Shown: one piece after another, positions 9,504 through 18,304 of the stretch
Position numbering within the stretch: the stretch's first letter is position 1
How the letters are laid out: each line of letters starts with the position of its first letter
From: Patescibacteria group bacterium
GTDB taxonomy: Bacteria > Patescibacteriota > Microgenomatia > JAMCZE01
Direction: 5' to 3'
Length of the DNA: 64,000 bases
Assembly: GCA_023380635.1 (NCBI GenBank)
Contig: JAMCRP010000001.1
Span: 469,200-533,199, forward strand
The notes under the pieces: generated by a model
What the model saw: only the letters and a program-made list of their open reading frames with translations
Database searches by the model: none
Told to the model about the DNA's origin: nothing
Program-made: the position numbers and the translations under genes

Positions 9504-10826
9504 ATGGAGCAACACGCTGTCCCCCAGGATATCACCGGCTTCAAGTTTAAGCTTGTCGGCGACATGACCCTCAAACAATTTGGCGAGTTGGCCGGTGGGA
9601 CGGTTATTGCCTATCTCTTTTTTGCTTCCAACTGGAACCCGCTTTTAAAATGGCCCGGGGTCCTCTTTTTTGGTTTCCTGGGCTTTGCCCTGGCTTTTTT
9701 GCCGATCGAAGAACGCCCACTGGATATCTGGATCGTGAATTTTTTGAAGGCAATTTACCAGCCAACGCTTTACGTCTGGAAAAAGGGGGCCGTCACCCCG
9801 GCTTTCACTTCTGCTGTCAGTCCTAATCCCGGTCATGTTCCAACCAATCCCCAACCGGCAGTTATGCCTTGGCCGTTCACCGAACCGCAACCCGCAACCA
9901 AACCCGCGGCGCCCACCCCGCCGCCACCGGTAACCCCCGCTTCTCAGCCAGCCGCGCCCATGCCTCAAGTTTCTCCTGGTCCGGTAGCTGCTCCTCCGGC
10001 TCCAAAACCCGAAGCGGCGCCAAGCCCGAAACCGTCCGCCATCCAGCCACAGGCTCCTTTTCCGGCTGCCCAAAACGGGCCCACCATCTCCATTGAGGAC
10101 CTGCAAAAGCTACGCGATCAGAAGATGGCAGAACTTCAGGGCATTACTAAAAGAATGGAAAAGGCCCAGACGGACCTCAAAGCCGATCTTTACAAAGCCC
10201 AAAACGGCCCGCGGGTAGTTACCGTCGACGACCTGGCTCGCCGCCGGGATGAGAAAAAACAGGCCGACGAAACCCAGCTCCAGTCGCTGTTGGAAGAAAA
10301 CACCAAACTGATATCAGAAATCGAAAGCATTAAAACCCGGATTCAGGCTCTCGCCGGCTCGGACACCACCCAGCTCCAAACTCAGTTAAATAATCTTACC
10401 ACTTCGCAGCGGGGTTTAAGCGGACAAATTTCTCTTATTCAAACCCAACTAGAAGGCAAAAAACCGGAAGAAAAGCCCGTTGCTACCCAACCAACCCCCG
10501 ACAACCAGGTTAAGGTTGTCGAAAAACCCGTAGCCCGGGAAGCCAGCATTTCTCTAACTGATGTCCCCAATATTATTAACGGGACAGTAACCAACGAGAC
10601 CGGCGTTCCTCTGGACAGCGCAATTTTGATCATTAAGGATAAAGCCGGCAATTCCATCCGGGCCCTTAAAACGAACCAGATTGGCCAATTTATCGCCAGC
10701 ACCCCGCTCGAAAACGGGACTTACTATTTAGAGTTTGAGCGTCAAGGTTACGTTTTTGATGTCCTGGAAATTACTTTAAACGGGAAAGTTATCCAACCCT
10801 TAGAAATTCATGGCCGACACAGTTAA
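9504..10826 (+). CDS. PrgI-family membrane protein with Pro-rich linker, coiled coil and C-terminal Ig-like (carboxypeptidase-regulatory-like) domain
   Basis: 'MEQH.VPQ.I..F.FKLVGDMTLKQF', 'F.P..ERPLD.W', C-terminal 'RALKTN..GQF...TPL.NG.Y'. Confidence 0.8.
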   Translation: MEQHAVPQDITGFKFKLVGDMTLKQFGELAGGTVIAYLFFASNWNPLLKWPGVLFFGFLGFALAFLPIEERPLDIWIVNFLKAIYQPTLYVWKKGAVTPAFTSAVSPNPGHVPTNPQPAVMPWPFTEPQPATKPAAPTPPPPVTPASQPAAPMPQVSPGPVAAPPAPKPEAAPSPKPSAIQPQAPFPAAQNGPTISIEDLQKLRDQKMAELQGITKRMEKAQTDLKADLYKAQNGPRVVTVDDLARRRDEKKQADETQLQSLLEENTKLISEIESIKTRIQALAGSDTTQLQTQLNNLTTSQRGLSGQISLIQTQLEGKKPEEKPVATQPTPDNQVKVVEKPVAREASISLTDVPNIINGTVTNETGVPLDSAILIIKDKAGNSIRALKTNQIGQFIASTPLENGTYYLEFERQGYVFDVLEITLNGKVIQPLEIHGRHS

Positions 10827-11475
10827 AACCGCCATCCGGGGCACGACCCAGATCTTTTTGGAAATCGCCGATATCCGCGACGATTTAGTTTTGCTGCCCG
10901 ACGGGTCCGTGGCCCTAATCGTTGGCGTTTCTGCCGTTAACTTCGGGCTGTTGTCCGAAAAAGAGCAGGAGGCCATTATTTTTGCTTACGCCGGCTTCCT
11001 TAACTCGCTTAACTTTGCCGTCCAGATTGTCGTCCGCAGCCAGCAAAAAGACATTTCCGCTTATCTGGAAAAATTAACTGCCGAAGAAAAGAAGCAAACC
11101 AACCCTCTTTTAGCCAAACAAATTGCTTCTTACCGGGATTTTATTCTGCAAACAGTTAAAGACAATAATGTTCTGGATAAAAAGTTTTATATCGTCGTTC
11201 CGTTTTCTTCACTGGAACTAGGAGCTGGATCAGCTACCAAAGGCTTAGTAAAAAAACAAAAGAAACTACCACTGCCGCCCGAGACTATTTTAGAAAAGGC
11301 CAAAACTGCCCTTTTTCCCAAGCGTGACCATGTCCTGCGCCAGCTGGGTCGGCTGGGTCTTAAAGCCAAACAACTGACTACTTCGGAGCTTATCGAGCTG
11401 TTTTACGACATTTACAACCCCCATAAGCAGCACCAGGAAAATTCCGGTTCTAAATTTGAAACGCTTACCCAATAA
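10810..11475 (+). CDS. TraC/VirB4-N-terminal-like conjugation-associated protein
   Basis: 'TQ.FL.I..I.DD', 'VNF.LLSE.EQ.A.I..Y..FLNSL.F..QI', 'L...EL.ELFY..YNP'. Lies between PrgI and VirB4. Confidence 0.7.
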   Translation: MADTVKTAIRGTTQIFLEIADIRDDLVLLPDGSVALIVGVSAVNFGLLSEKEQEAIIFAYAGFLNSLNFAVQIVVRSQQKDISAYLEKLTAEEKKQTNPLLAKQIASYRDFILQTVKDNNVLDKKFYIVVPFSSLELGAGSATKGLVKKQKKLPLPPETILEKAKTALFPKRDHVLRQLGRLGLKAKQLTTSELIELFYDIYNPHKQHQENSGSKFETLTQ

Positions 11476-11479
11476 ACCT

Positions 11480-13441
11480 ATGACTCTGCCCTTTTTTAAA
11501 AAGAAGCCAGTAGCTAATCAGCCCAGCCAGCCGGCACCCGACCGGAAGAGCGTCAGTACCACTCCTATCTCCCAATCACCGATTACTAACCAAGCCGTCA
11601 ACCGCCTCCAGCCAACCTCCCCCTCCTCTTCGGTTTTGGATATCATCGCCCCGGAAAAAATCGAGGTGGATTTTAATTTTGTCAAAATCAGCGAAACCTA
11701 TTTCCGGACTTTTTTTATCGCCAATTACCCCCGATTTGTGTCTGCCAGCTGGCTGTCGCCGATTATCGATTTTGACTCGTCCCAGGATCTGGCCATGTTT
11801 ATTTACCCGGTAGAATCCCGGGATATTCTGTCTAACTTAAAACGCAAAATTGCCGAAATGGAGGCAACTATCGAGTCGGACATTAAACGGGGGCATGTGG
11901 TCGACCCGGCCGTTCAGGTGGCTTTAGATGACGCTTTAGCCTTACAAGAACAGCTGGCCAAAGGGGCCGAACGATTTTTCCAGTTTGGTCTTTATGTCAC
12001 GATTAACGCCCAATCTTTGGACAATTTAGAGAAGGTCAGTAAGCAAGTGGAGTCGACTTTGGCCTCCTTGATGTTGGTTTCCAAAAAGGCCACCTTGCAA
12101 ATGGAAGACGGTTTTCGCACTACCCAACCGCTTTGTGTCGATAAACTGCTCATCACCCGCAATATGGATACCACATCTCTGGCCACGACTTTTCCGTTTA
12201 CTTCCTCAGAATTGACGGCCAACGAAGGAGTGATGTACGGCTTAAACGAGCACAACGGCAGTTTAATTATTTTTGACCGGTTTAGTTTGGAAAACGCCAA
12301 CGAGGTAGTATTAGGAAAAAGCGGCGGCGGAAAATCTTACCTGGTAAAACTGGAGGCTCTGCGTAGTTTAATGTTTGGGGCCAGTGTAATTATTATTGAT
12401 CCAGAGGAAGAATATGAACCCATAACCCGGGCCGTTGGGGGCGATTACCTCTCTTTTTCGTTTAGTAGTCAAACCCACATTAATCCTTTTGATTTAGCCG
12501 GCACCAACGATGACCCGCAGGAAAATGATTTGCAGTATAAAATCGGCTTTTCCTTAACCCGGCTCATTAAACTCATGGTAGGAACGACGACCGCCGAAGA
12601 CGACGCCATTATTCATAACGCCTTAGAGCTGACCTACAAACAAAAAGGCATTACCTACGACCCGACGACCCACAAAAAAGAACCGCCGATTCTGGAAGAT
12701 TTATATAAAGTTCTGGTCGGCATGGAAACGCCGGCGGCGGCCAATCTCGCCTTGCGCCTGGAAAAGTTTGTCAAAGGCAGTTTTGGGGCCATTTTTAACC
12801 AGCGCAGCAATCTCAAACTGGATAACCCGTTTACCGTCTTTTCCTTCAAAAATCTCGAGGACCAGCTTCGCAGTTTGGCAATTTTTATTATTGTGGACTT
12901 TATCTGGAATTCTATTAAACGCGACTTCAAAAAGCGGATCTTGATTGTGGATGAAGCCTGGTATCTTATGAAAGACCCTTCTTCGGCGGAATTTTTGTGG
13001 GGTTTTGCCAAGCGGGCCCGGAAATACTACCTGGGTTTAACTACCATCACTCAGGACATTGAAGATTTCTTAAGTTCCGACCTGGGCAAGACGATTATTA
13101 CCAATAGCAGTATCCAAATTTTAATGAAACAGTCACCGGCGGCGATCGACAAGTTGGGCGAGGTTTTTTACCTGTCTGAAGGCGAAAAAAGCTTGCTTAT
13201 GTCCGCCGGGGTTGGTCAAGGTCTCTTTTTTGCCGGTTCTTCCCATGTGGCTATGCGAACCATCGCTTCTCCCGATGAACATAAACTAATCACTACCAAT
13301 CCGTTGGAAAAGAGTAGTTCCACTACGGCGCAACCCGCCGGCCCAACTCTAGCTCAGCCGGTTACTCCTCCGGTTCCCACCACTCCACCTATTACCCCCG
13401 TATCACCCGCCTCTCCTACCCCTGAACCCGGACCGGCATAA
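11480..13441 (+). CDS. VirB4-like ATPase (TraE/DUF87 family)
   Basis: Walker A GKSGGGKS, 'IIDPE.EY', Walker B 'VDEAW', 'RARKY..G...ITQ', 'FPF', 'FDRF.LEN.N'. Confidence 0.88.
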   Translation: MTLPFFKKKPVANQPSQPAPDRKSVSTTPISQSPITNQAVNRLQPTSPSSSVLDIIAPEKIEVDFNFVKISETYFRTFFIANYPRFVSASWLSPIIDFDSSQDLAMFIYPVESRDILSNLKRKIAEMEATIESDIKRGHVVDPAVQVALDDALALQEQLAKGAERFFQFGLYVTINAQSLDNLEKVSKQVESTLASLMLVSKKATLQMEDGFRTTQPLCVDKLLITRNMDTTSLATTFPFTSSELTANEGVMYGLNEHNGSLIIFDRFSLENANEVVLGKSGGGKSYLVKLEALRSLMFGASVIIIDPEEEYEPITRAVGGDYLSFSFSSQTHINPFDLAGTNDDPQENDLQYKIGFSLTRLIKLMVGTTTAEDDAIIHNALELTYKQKGITYDPTTHKKEPPILEDLYKVLVGMETPAAANLALRLEKFVKGSFGAIFNQRSNLKLDNPFTVFSFKNLEDQLRSLAIFIIVDFIWNSIKRDFKKRILIVDEAWYLMKDPSSAEFLWGFAKRARKYYLGLTTITQDIEDFLSSDLGKTIITNSSIQILMKQSPAAIDKLGEVFYLSEGEKSLLMSAGVGQGLFFAGSSHVAMRTIASPDEHKLITTNPLEKSSSTTAQPAGPTLAQPVTPPVPTTPPITPVSPASPTPEPGPA

Positions 13442-14546
13442 TAATGTGGAGAAAATTGTCGTCTTTAGGTAAGCGAAAAACCCCAGCAGTCAAGGGACCA
13501 TTAAAATCGATAATTAGTTCCGTGCTCCCCACTGCGACAAACAAATCCAAAAGGTAACGATAATTAAACGCCACCACAAACTCTTCGTCAGCGCCTTTTT
13601 TCACTGTAATATCAATCTCACTCTCGTTCTCGCCAACCTCCGGCGCGTTTGCGCTGATTTTCAGTTTTCCCTTGTCTATTTTAAGCTTAACAATATTGGC
13701 GCTGTCGCGGGCAAAAATTGAAGCTAACTTAATAGCTTTCGAAAACTCTTCGGTTGCGGCCGTAACCTGAATTGTCGAATTTGCAGGAATAATTTTCTCA
13801 TAGTCAGGAAAATTACCGGCAATTAGGCGGGAATATATTTTTATTTCTCCCAAGTCAAAGGCCACCTGATTGATTTCCGGCAGGTAAATCATGAGAAAAG
13901 CTTTCTCATTCTCCCCTTTTTCTTCTCCTAAAAGCCGGTTAACTTCCGCCAGAGTTTTTGCCGGAATAATAAACTTCGTCTCTTTCTGGCCGCCTTCAGC
14001 CGGAATCTTATTAACCGACAGCCGGAAACCATCGGTTGCCGCCAGGGTTAAACCAACTTCGTCGCTGCTAAACAAAACTCCCGTCAAAACCGCCCGGCTT
14101 TCATCCTGGCCAGCCGCAAAAGCTACTTTACTGACACCTTCCTGGAACGCCTTTTTGTCTATTTTCCACTGGGCTTTAGTCTTTTCTTCCGGTACCAGCT
14201 TAGGAAACTCTGTCGCCGGGGTCCCGGCAATTTTCCCTTTAAATTTACCCCCGGAAAGGGTCAAGACGCCGTCCTTTTGGCTTATGGTAAGTTTCTCTGC
14301 CGGCAAGCCTGCTACCAGCTCTAAAAAGGTCCGTCCCGGCACGGTGTATTCTCCAGCTGCTTCAATTTTAGCCCCAATAGAGGTCATGATTGTGGTTTCC
14401 AGGTTTGAGGCAGTAATCTGCAATTGCCCGGTTTCCGTGCGCAGAAGAATATTAGAAAGAATCGCCACCTGCGGCCGGCTGGCTAAAACCCGGGCAACGG
14501 TGTTTAGTCCCCGGTTAAGATTTTCCTGAAGAACTTCCAGCTCCAT
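13416..14546 (-). CDS. dnaN: DNA polymerase III beta sliding clamp
   Basis: 'ATDGFRLS', 'SRLI.G.FPDY..IIP', C-terminal 'IIMPVR'. Adjacent to dnaA. Confidence 0.97.
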   Translation of the reverse strand: MELEVLQENLNRGLNTVARVLASRPQVAILSNILLRTETGQLQITASNLETTIMTSIGAKIEAAGEYTVPGRTFLELVAGLPAEKLTISQKDGVLTLSGGKFKGKIAGTPATEFPKLVPEEKTKAQWKIDKKAFQEGVSKVAFAAGQDESRAVLTGVLFSSDEVGLTLAATDGFRLSVNKIPAEGGQKETKFIIPAKTLAEVNRLLGEEKGENEKAFLMIYLPEINQVAFDLGEIKIYSRLIAGNFPDYEKIIPANSTIQVTAATEEFSKAIKLASIFARDSANIVKLKIDKGKLKISANAPEVGENESEIDITVKKGADEEFVVAFNYRYLLDLFVAVGSTELIIDFNGPLTAGVFRLPKDDNFLHIIMPVRVQG

Positions 14547-14559
14547 CGTCCCCAATATA

Positions 14560-14833
14560 CGATCTTAATAGTTTTTTTGCAACTTTCGTCTTTTTCTATT
14601 TCCAACTAGTAGTAACAGTAGTAGGCATTGTGAGTAAGTGACTAAAAACGGCGGGAACTGTGTATAGATTGTCTGTTACGGATTTTTTTCGTTGTGGATA
14701 TCTCTTAGGGGTGATTGTGAATATCTTTGAGGACAAACCTTCGGGGTTTGGGGATAAGTTGATAAGTTTTGGGGTTCTCCACTTATCCACAACTAGTTAA
14801 AAAAATATTCAGGAGTTATCCACAACTAGTTAA
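14560..14833. other. Replication origin oriC (dnaA-dnaN intergenic region)
   Basis: TTATCCACA at 14783-14791 and 14816-14824; near-consensus boxes at 14629, 14659, 14693 and 14749; DnaA-trio array TAG TAG TAA CAG TAG TAG at 14607-14624 next to an AT-rich tract. Confidence 0.88.
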
Positions 14834-16202
14834 CCAGGAGTTGTTGGAGTTGTTCTACTTCACCTCGGATACGCTCGTTGGTTTCTAATAAAGCCGAAAC
14901 TTTGTTAACGCCATGAATGATTGTGGTGTGGTCCCGGCCGCCGAGATAGTCGGCAATTTCTTCATAGGTCATTCCTCCCTTGTGGCGCAGGAGATACATG
15001 AGGATTTGCCGGGGTACGGCAATAGGCTTATCTCGCTTTTCGCCTTTAATAAGCTTTATTGGTAACTCGTAAAAAGCGCACACCCGGTCAACGATCAGCC
15101 GGGCGTCCAGCCTGGTTACCGCCTGAGCGGGAGTTTCTTTAATCTCCAGCACCTTTAGGACCAGTTCCGGAGTAAGTTCCAGTTTGTTTGCTTGAGCAGC
15201 CATAAGAATTTTTTGTAAGGCTCCCTCGAGAGACCGGATATTATCCACATTACTGGCAATAGAAAAGGCCACACTATTGGATAGTTCAATTCCTCGTTTA
15301 CGAGCTTTCTGCATACAGATAGCCGTCTTTAATTCTGAATCCGGTGTGGATATGTCGGCCACCATCCCGCCTTCAAACCGGCTGCGTAAGCGGTCGGCCA
15401 GATCAGCAATATCGGCGGGCTTGCGGTCGGAAGTCATGACAATCTGGCCGCCGTTTTGGGAAATGGCGTTAAAGGTATGGAAAAATTCTTCCTGGGCGGT
15501 ATCTTTACCGGAAAGAAACTGGATATCATCTATTAGTAAGGCGTCAGCCGACCGGTACCTTTCCTTAAATTCGGCCGTGTTTTTCGAGCGGATGCCGGCA
15601 ATAATTTCGTTGGTAAACTGCTCGCCGGGGGCAAAAATAATTTTAGCCCGCGGGTTTTTACGAAGTATCTCGTGGCCTACTGCCTGCATAAGGTGAGTTT
15701 TGCCCACGCCTACCCCGCCCCAAATAAACAGCGGGTTATAGTTTTTGCCGGGGTTTTGAGCCGTGGCCGTCGCGGCGGCAAAAGCCAGCTGATTACTGGT
15801 CGAGACGCAAAATTCTTCAAAGGTAAAATCAGGACGAAGGTGGCAACGCTTGATAGCGTCGAGTAGTTCTTGTTTATCTTCCTTGGGTTGGGCAAATAAC
15901 GGACCAGGTTCAGTTTTAGCTTCCGGTGTAGTTTGTGATTGGAGGCTAGTATCCACGTCAAAAACGAGACTTAATGGAGAAACGGTAGAGATTTTTTGTA
16001 AACTGTTTTGAATTAAGCTGTAATACCGAGAGCTTGTTGATTGGGCAACACCCTTATTCTTAAAACCTAATTTGGCAACACCATTTTCCAGAGAAAGAAG
16101 TGTACTATTTTTTAAATAAATGCCGAAATTATTTTTTCCAAGCTCGACCTCAAGTTCTCCAAGTGTAGCCTTCCATAAATCATGAAGTTGATCGTTGTTC
16201 AT
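14826..16202 (-). CDS. dnaA: Chromosomal replication initiator DnaA
   Basis: 'YNPLFIWGGVGVGKTHL', 'LLIDDIQFL', 'QEEFFHTFN', 'RL.SRF..G', 'GGRDHTTI.H'. Start at ATG 16202. Confidence 0.98.
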   Translation of the reverse strand: MNNDQLHDLWKATLGELEVELGKNNFGIYLKNSTLLSLENGVAKLGFKNKGVAQSTSSRYYSLIQNSLQKISTVSPLSLVFDVDTSLQSQTTPEAKTEPGPLFAQPKEDKQELLDAIKRCHLRPDFTFEEFCVSTSNQLAFAAATATAQNPGKNYNPLFIWGGVGVGKTHLMQAVGHEILRKNPRAKIIFAPGEQFTNEIIAGIRSKNTAEFKERYRSADALLIDDIQFLSGKDTAQEEFFHTFNAISQNGGQIVMTSDRKPADIADLADRLRSRFEGGMVADISTPDSELKTAICMQKARKRGIELSNSVAFSIASNVDNIRSLEGALQKILMAAQANKLELTPELVLKVLEIKETPAQAVTRLDARLIVDRVCAFYELPIKLIKGEKRDKPIAVPRQILMYLLRHKGGMTYEEIADYLGGRDHTTIIHGVNKVSALLETNERIRGEVEQLQQLLVN

Positions 16203-16243
16203 GTGGATAGCGGCAGTATGCCCTATCTTACAAGTTATCCACA
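16202..16243. promoter_or_regulatory. DnaA boxes upstream of dnaA (autoregulation or second oriC segment)
   Basis: TTATCCACA at 16235-16243 and TGTGGATAG at 16202-16210. Confidence 0.75.
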
Positions 16244-16349
16244 AAAATTCAAGGTATCTTACTAGGTCATCTTTACTCTAATAAACAGAGAATTAAACTT
16301 ATATCTTGACATAATTATCCCTATGGGATAGATTCTTTGTATTCTCTTT

Positions 16350-16877
16350 ATGGTCAATAAAAATAATCCTGAAGTAAGACTCTACCGATCAGAAAAAGAC
16401 GTTAGGCGAGGTGATCTCCGGCAACTCATTACCCACTTTAGGGATGTTCTGAAACTGGAGCTTCAGGGAGACGACCTTGATTGGCTAGTTGGTCTTTTTC
16501 AAAACAGCCGTGTAGTGGCTAATAGCCGATTTGAAATAATTTTACCGAATGACACGGTGGTTATGGAAACTCTCCGTCGGGACAGAAAAATAACCCGCTG
16601 TTATTTAGTGCGGGGTATAGATGACCCCAAAAGGATCCATTTACAAGTAAACAGCAGAATTAAAAAAAGAGATATCTATCAAAGGAATGCGGAAGTTGAT
16701 GGTATTTTCCCTTTCCGTATTACAGGTATCAGAGAATCTGGTTCCTCGGACGGCGACCTTCTTACATTTTGTGCTTTAGGAACCCATGGTGGGGTGACGA
16801 TTACAGAAGACGGTAGGGTTGAGTTTCACCAGATGAACAACGAAGAACACAAGACTTTACATAGGCTTCATCTTTAA
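16350..16877 (+). CDS. Hypothetical protein between dnaA and rpmH
   Basis: 175-aa ORF preceded by TTGACA(16306)-N17-TAGATT(16329). Confidence 0.6.
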   Translation: MVNKNNPEVRLYRSEKDVRRGDLRQLITHFRDVLKLELQGDDLDWLVGLFQNSRVVANSRFEIILPNDTVVMETLRRDRKITRCYLVRGIDDPKRIHLQVNSRIKKRDIYQRNAEVDGIFPFRITGIRESGSSDGDLLTFCALGTHGGVTITEDGRVEFHQMNNEEHKTLHRLHL

Positions 16878-16929
16878 AACATCTTTCCCTCTTCCCAATC
16901 TCACTGATTTTTGACATAATCGGACTACT

Positions 16930-17067
16930 ATGCCTAAACGTGTCTGGCAACCAAAAAAAGTAAAACGGGTCCGCAAGCACGGGTTTTTGGAAAGAATGAA
17001 AACCCATGACGGCCGCAAGGTGCTCAAAAGACGGATAGCTAGGGGCCGCAAAAAACTAACGATTTAA
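16930..17067 (+). CDS. rpmH: 50S ribosomal protein L34
   Basis: Translated by hand: [45 protein letters not shown]. Not in the ORF track. Confidence 0.97.
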   Translation: MPKRVWQPKKVKRVRKHGFLERMKTHDGRKVLKRRIARGRKKLTI

Positions 17068-17414
17068 TGCTTCCGCGCAAAAAGACCGTTAATTTAAAAA
17101 AAGAATTTCCCAAAATCCGGCAAACCGGCAAAAACTACGATTCCCCCTCCTTTGGTCTCTTAGTCTCCTATAATAATAGTAATAAGACGACCCAGGTGGC
17201 CTTTATTATTAGTAAAAAAGTCGATAAAAAATCTGTAGTTCGGCACGAGGTAAAAAGAAAGCTTTCAGACGCTATTGCTTTTTTTCTGCCTCACTTAGCC
17301 AATAATCTGGAGCTCGTTTTCCTTGCTAAGCAAAAAGCAGTACAATCCGACCGTGACCAACTTAAAACCGAAATCGAAACCGTTCTCCGTCGCGCTCGTC
17401 TTATTGCTGATTAA
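17067..17414 (+). CDS. rnpA: Ribonuclease P protein component
   Basis: 'F.ISKKV.K.SV.R..VKR' motif, directly after rpmH. Confidence 0.92.
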   Translation: MLPRKKTVNLKKEFPKIRQTGKNYDSPSFGLLVSYNNSNKTTQVAFIISKKVDKKSVVRHEVKRKLSDAIAFFLPHLANNLELVFLAKQKAVQSDRDQLKTEIETVLRRARLIAD

Positions 17415-17565
17415 TTTTTATCGGCGTTACCTTTGGGCCCTGTTTCCTTCAAAGTGTCGGTATACTCCCACTTGCTCTGAATATACCTACCAACAAGTTC
17501 AAAAACTTGGTACAATAAAAGGATTGTCTTTAGGCTTTAAACGAATATTATCCTGTCATGGGTAA
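17323..17565 (+). CDS. yidD: Membrane protein insertion efficiency factor YidD
   Basis: 'CRYTPTCSEY', 'RILSCH'. Start uncertain. Confidence 0.9.
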   Translation: MLSKKQYNPTVTNLKPKSKPFSVALVLLLINFYRRYLWALFPSKCRYTPTCSEYTYQQVQKLGTIKGLSLGFKRILSCHG

Positions 17566-18304
17566 CTTTTTCTTACAAATCATCTTGTTTATATATAACA
17601 CCATTGCCTTTCACAACCTCGGCGTGGCCATTATTGAAATCGCCGTTTTAACCCGGGTCATTTTCTACCCGTTTATTAAGCAGCAGACCCACTACAGCAA
17701 AAAAATGGCCGAGCTCCAGCCACACATTAACGCGCTTAAAGAAAAACATAAAGGAAACCAGCAGGCTTTCGCCCAGGCGCAAATGGAGTTGTTTAAGCAA
17801 CACGGAGTCAACCCGGCGGCCGGGTGTTTGCCGTCAATCGTCCAGATTGTAGTTCTGTTTGGTCTCTTGGGAGCACTGAATAATATTTTAAAAATGGACC
17901 ATATAAACTTGGATTTCTGGGTCTGGAATATGGCCAAGCCGGATGCGGTCAAAATTGATGGCCTTCCCTTTTTAGTGCCTGGGATCCTGGTTGTTCTGGC
18001 TGCCCTGACCCAATTTATCCAAACCAAAATGATGTTGCCGGTGGCCCCTAAAATCCGCAAAGAAGATAAACCGGCGGAAAAACAGGAGAAGAGCGATTTC
18101 ATGAGCGAATTTGCCGAGGCCCAAAGTTCCATGATTTGGATGTTTCCCTTAATGTTTTTATTTTTAGGCACCCAGTGGCCCTCGGGTCTGGCCCTTTACT
18201 GGACAATTAGCTCCGTTTTAATGATCATCCAGCAGTACCAAATCGCGGGACTTGGCGGATTGGAACAATATATAGTACAATTAAGAAAGTATGCCAAGAG
18301 CTAA
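17558..18304 (+). CDS. yidC: YidC/Oxa1 membrane protein insertase (short form)
   Basis: 'LQP.I..LK.K', 'GVNP.AGCLP...Q', 'P.GLALYW'. Confidence 0.95.
   Translation: MGNFFLQIILFIYNTIAFHNLGVAIIEIAVLTRVIFYPFIKQQTHYSKKMAELQPHINALKEKHKGNQQAFAQAQMELFKQHGVNPAAGCLPSIVQIVVLFGLLGALNNILKMDHINLDFWVWNMAKPDAVKIDGLPFLVPGILVVLAALTQFIQTKMMLPVAPKIRKEDKPAEKQEKSDFMSEFAEAQSSMIWMFPLMFLFLGTQWPSGLALYWTISSVLMIIQQYQIAGLGGLEQYIVQLRKYAKS

Noticed and set aside
13657-13684. 7-periodic tract in dnaN (LKIDKGKLKI)
   Set aside because: Weak periodicity in a normal beta-clamp strand with no evident insertion; left out of the repeat list.
13891-14529. Long antisense ORFs (e.g. 13891-14529, 5380-5952, 8240-8800, 37235-37726)
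   Set aside because: Shadow frames of well-supported genes on the opposite strand, with no motifs.
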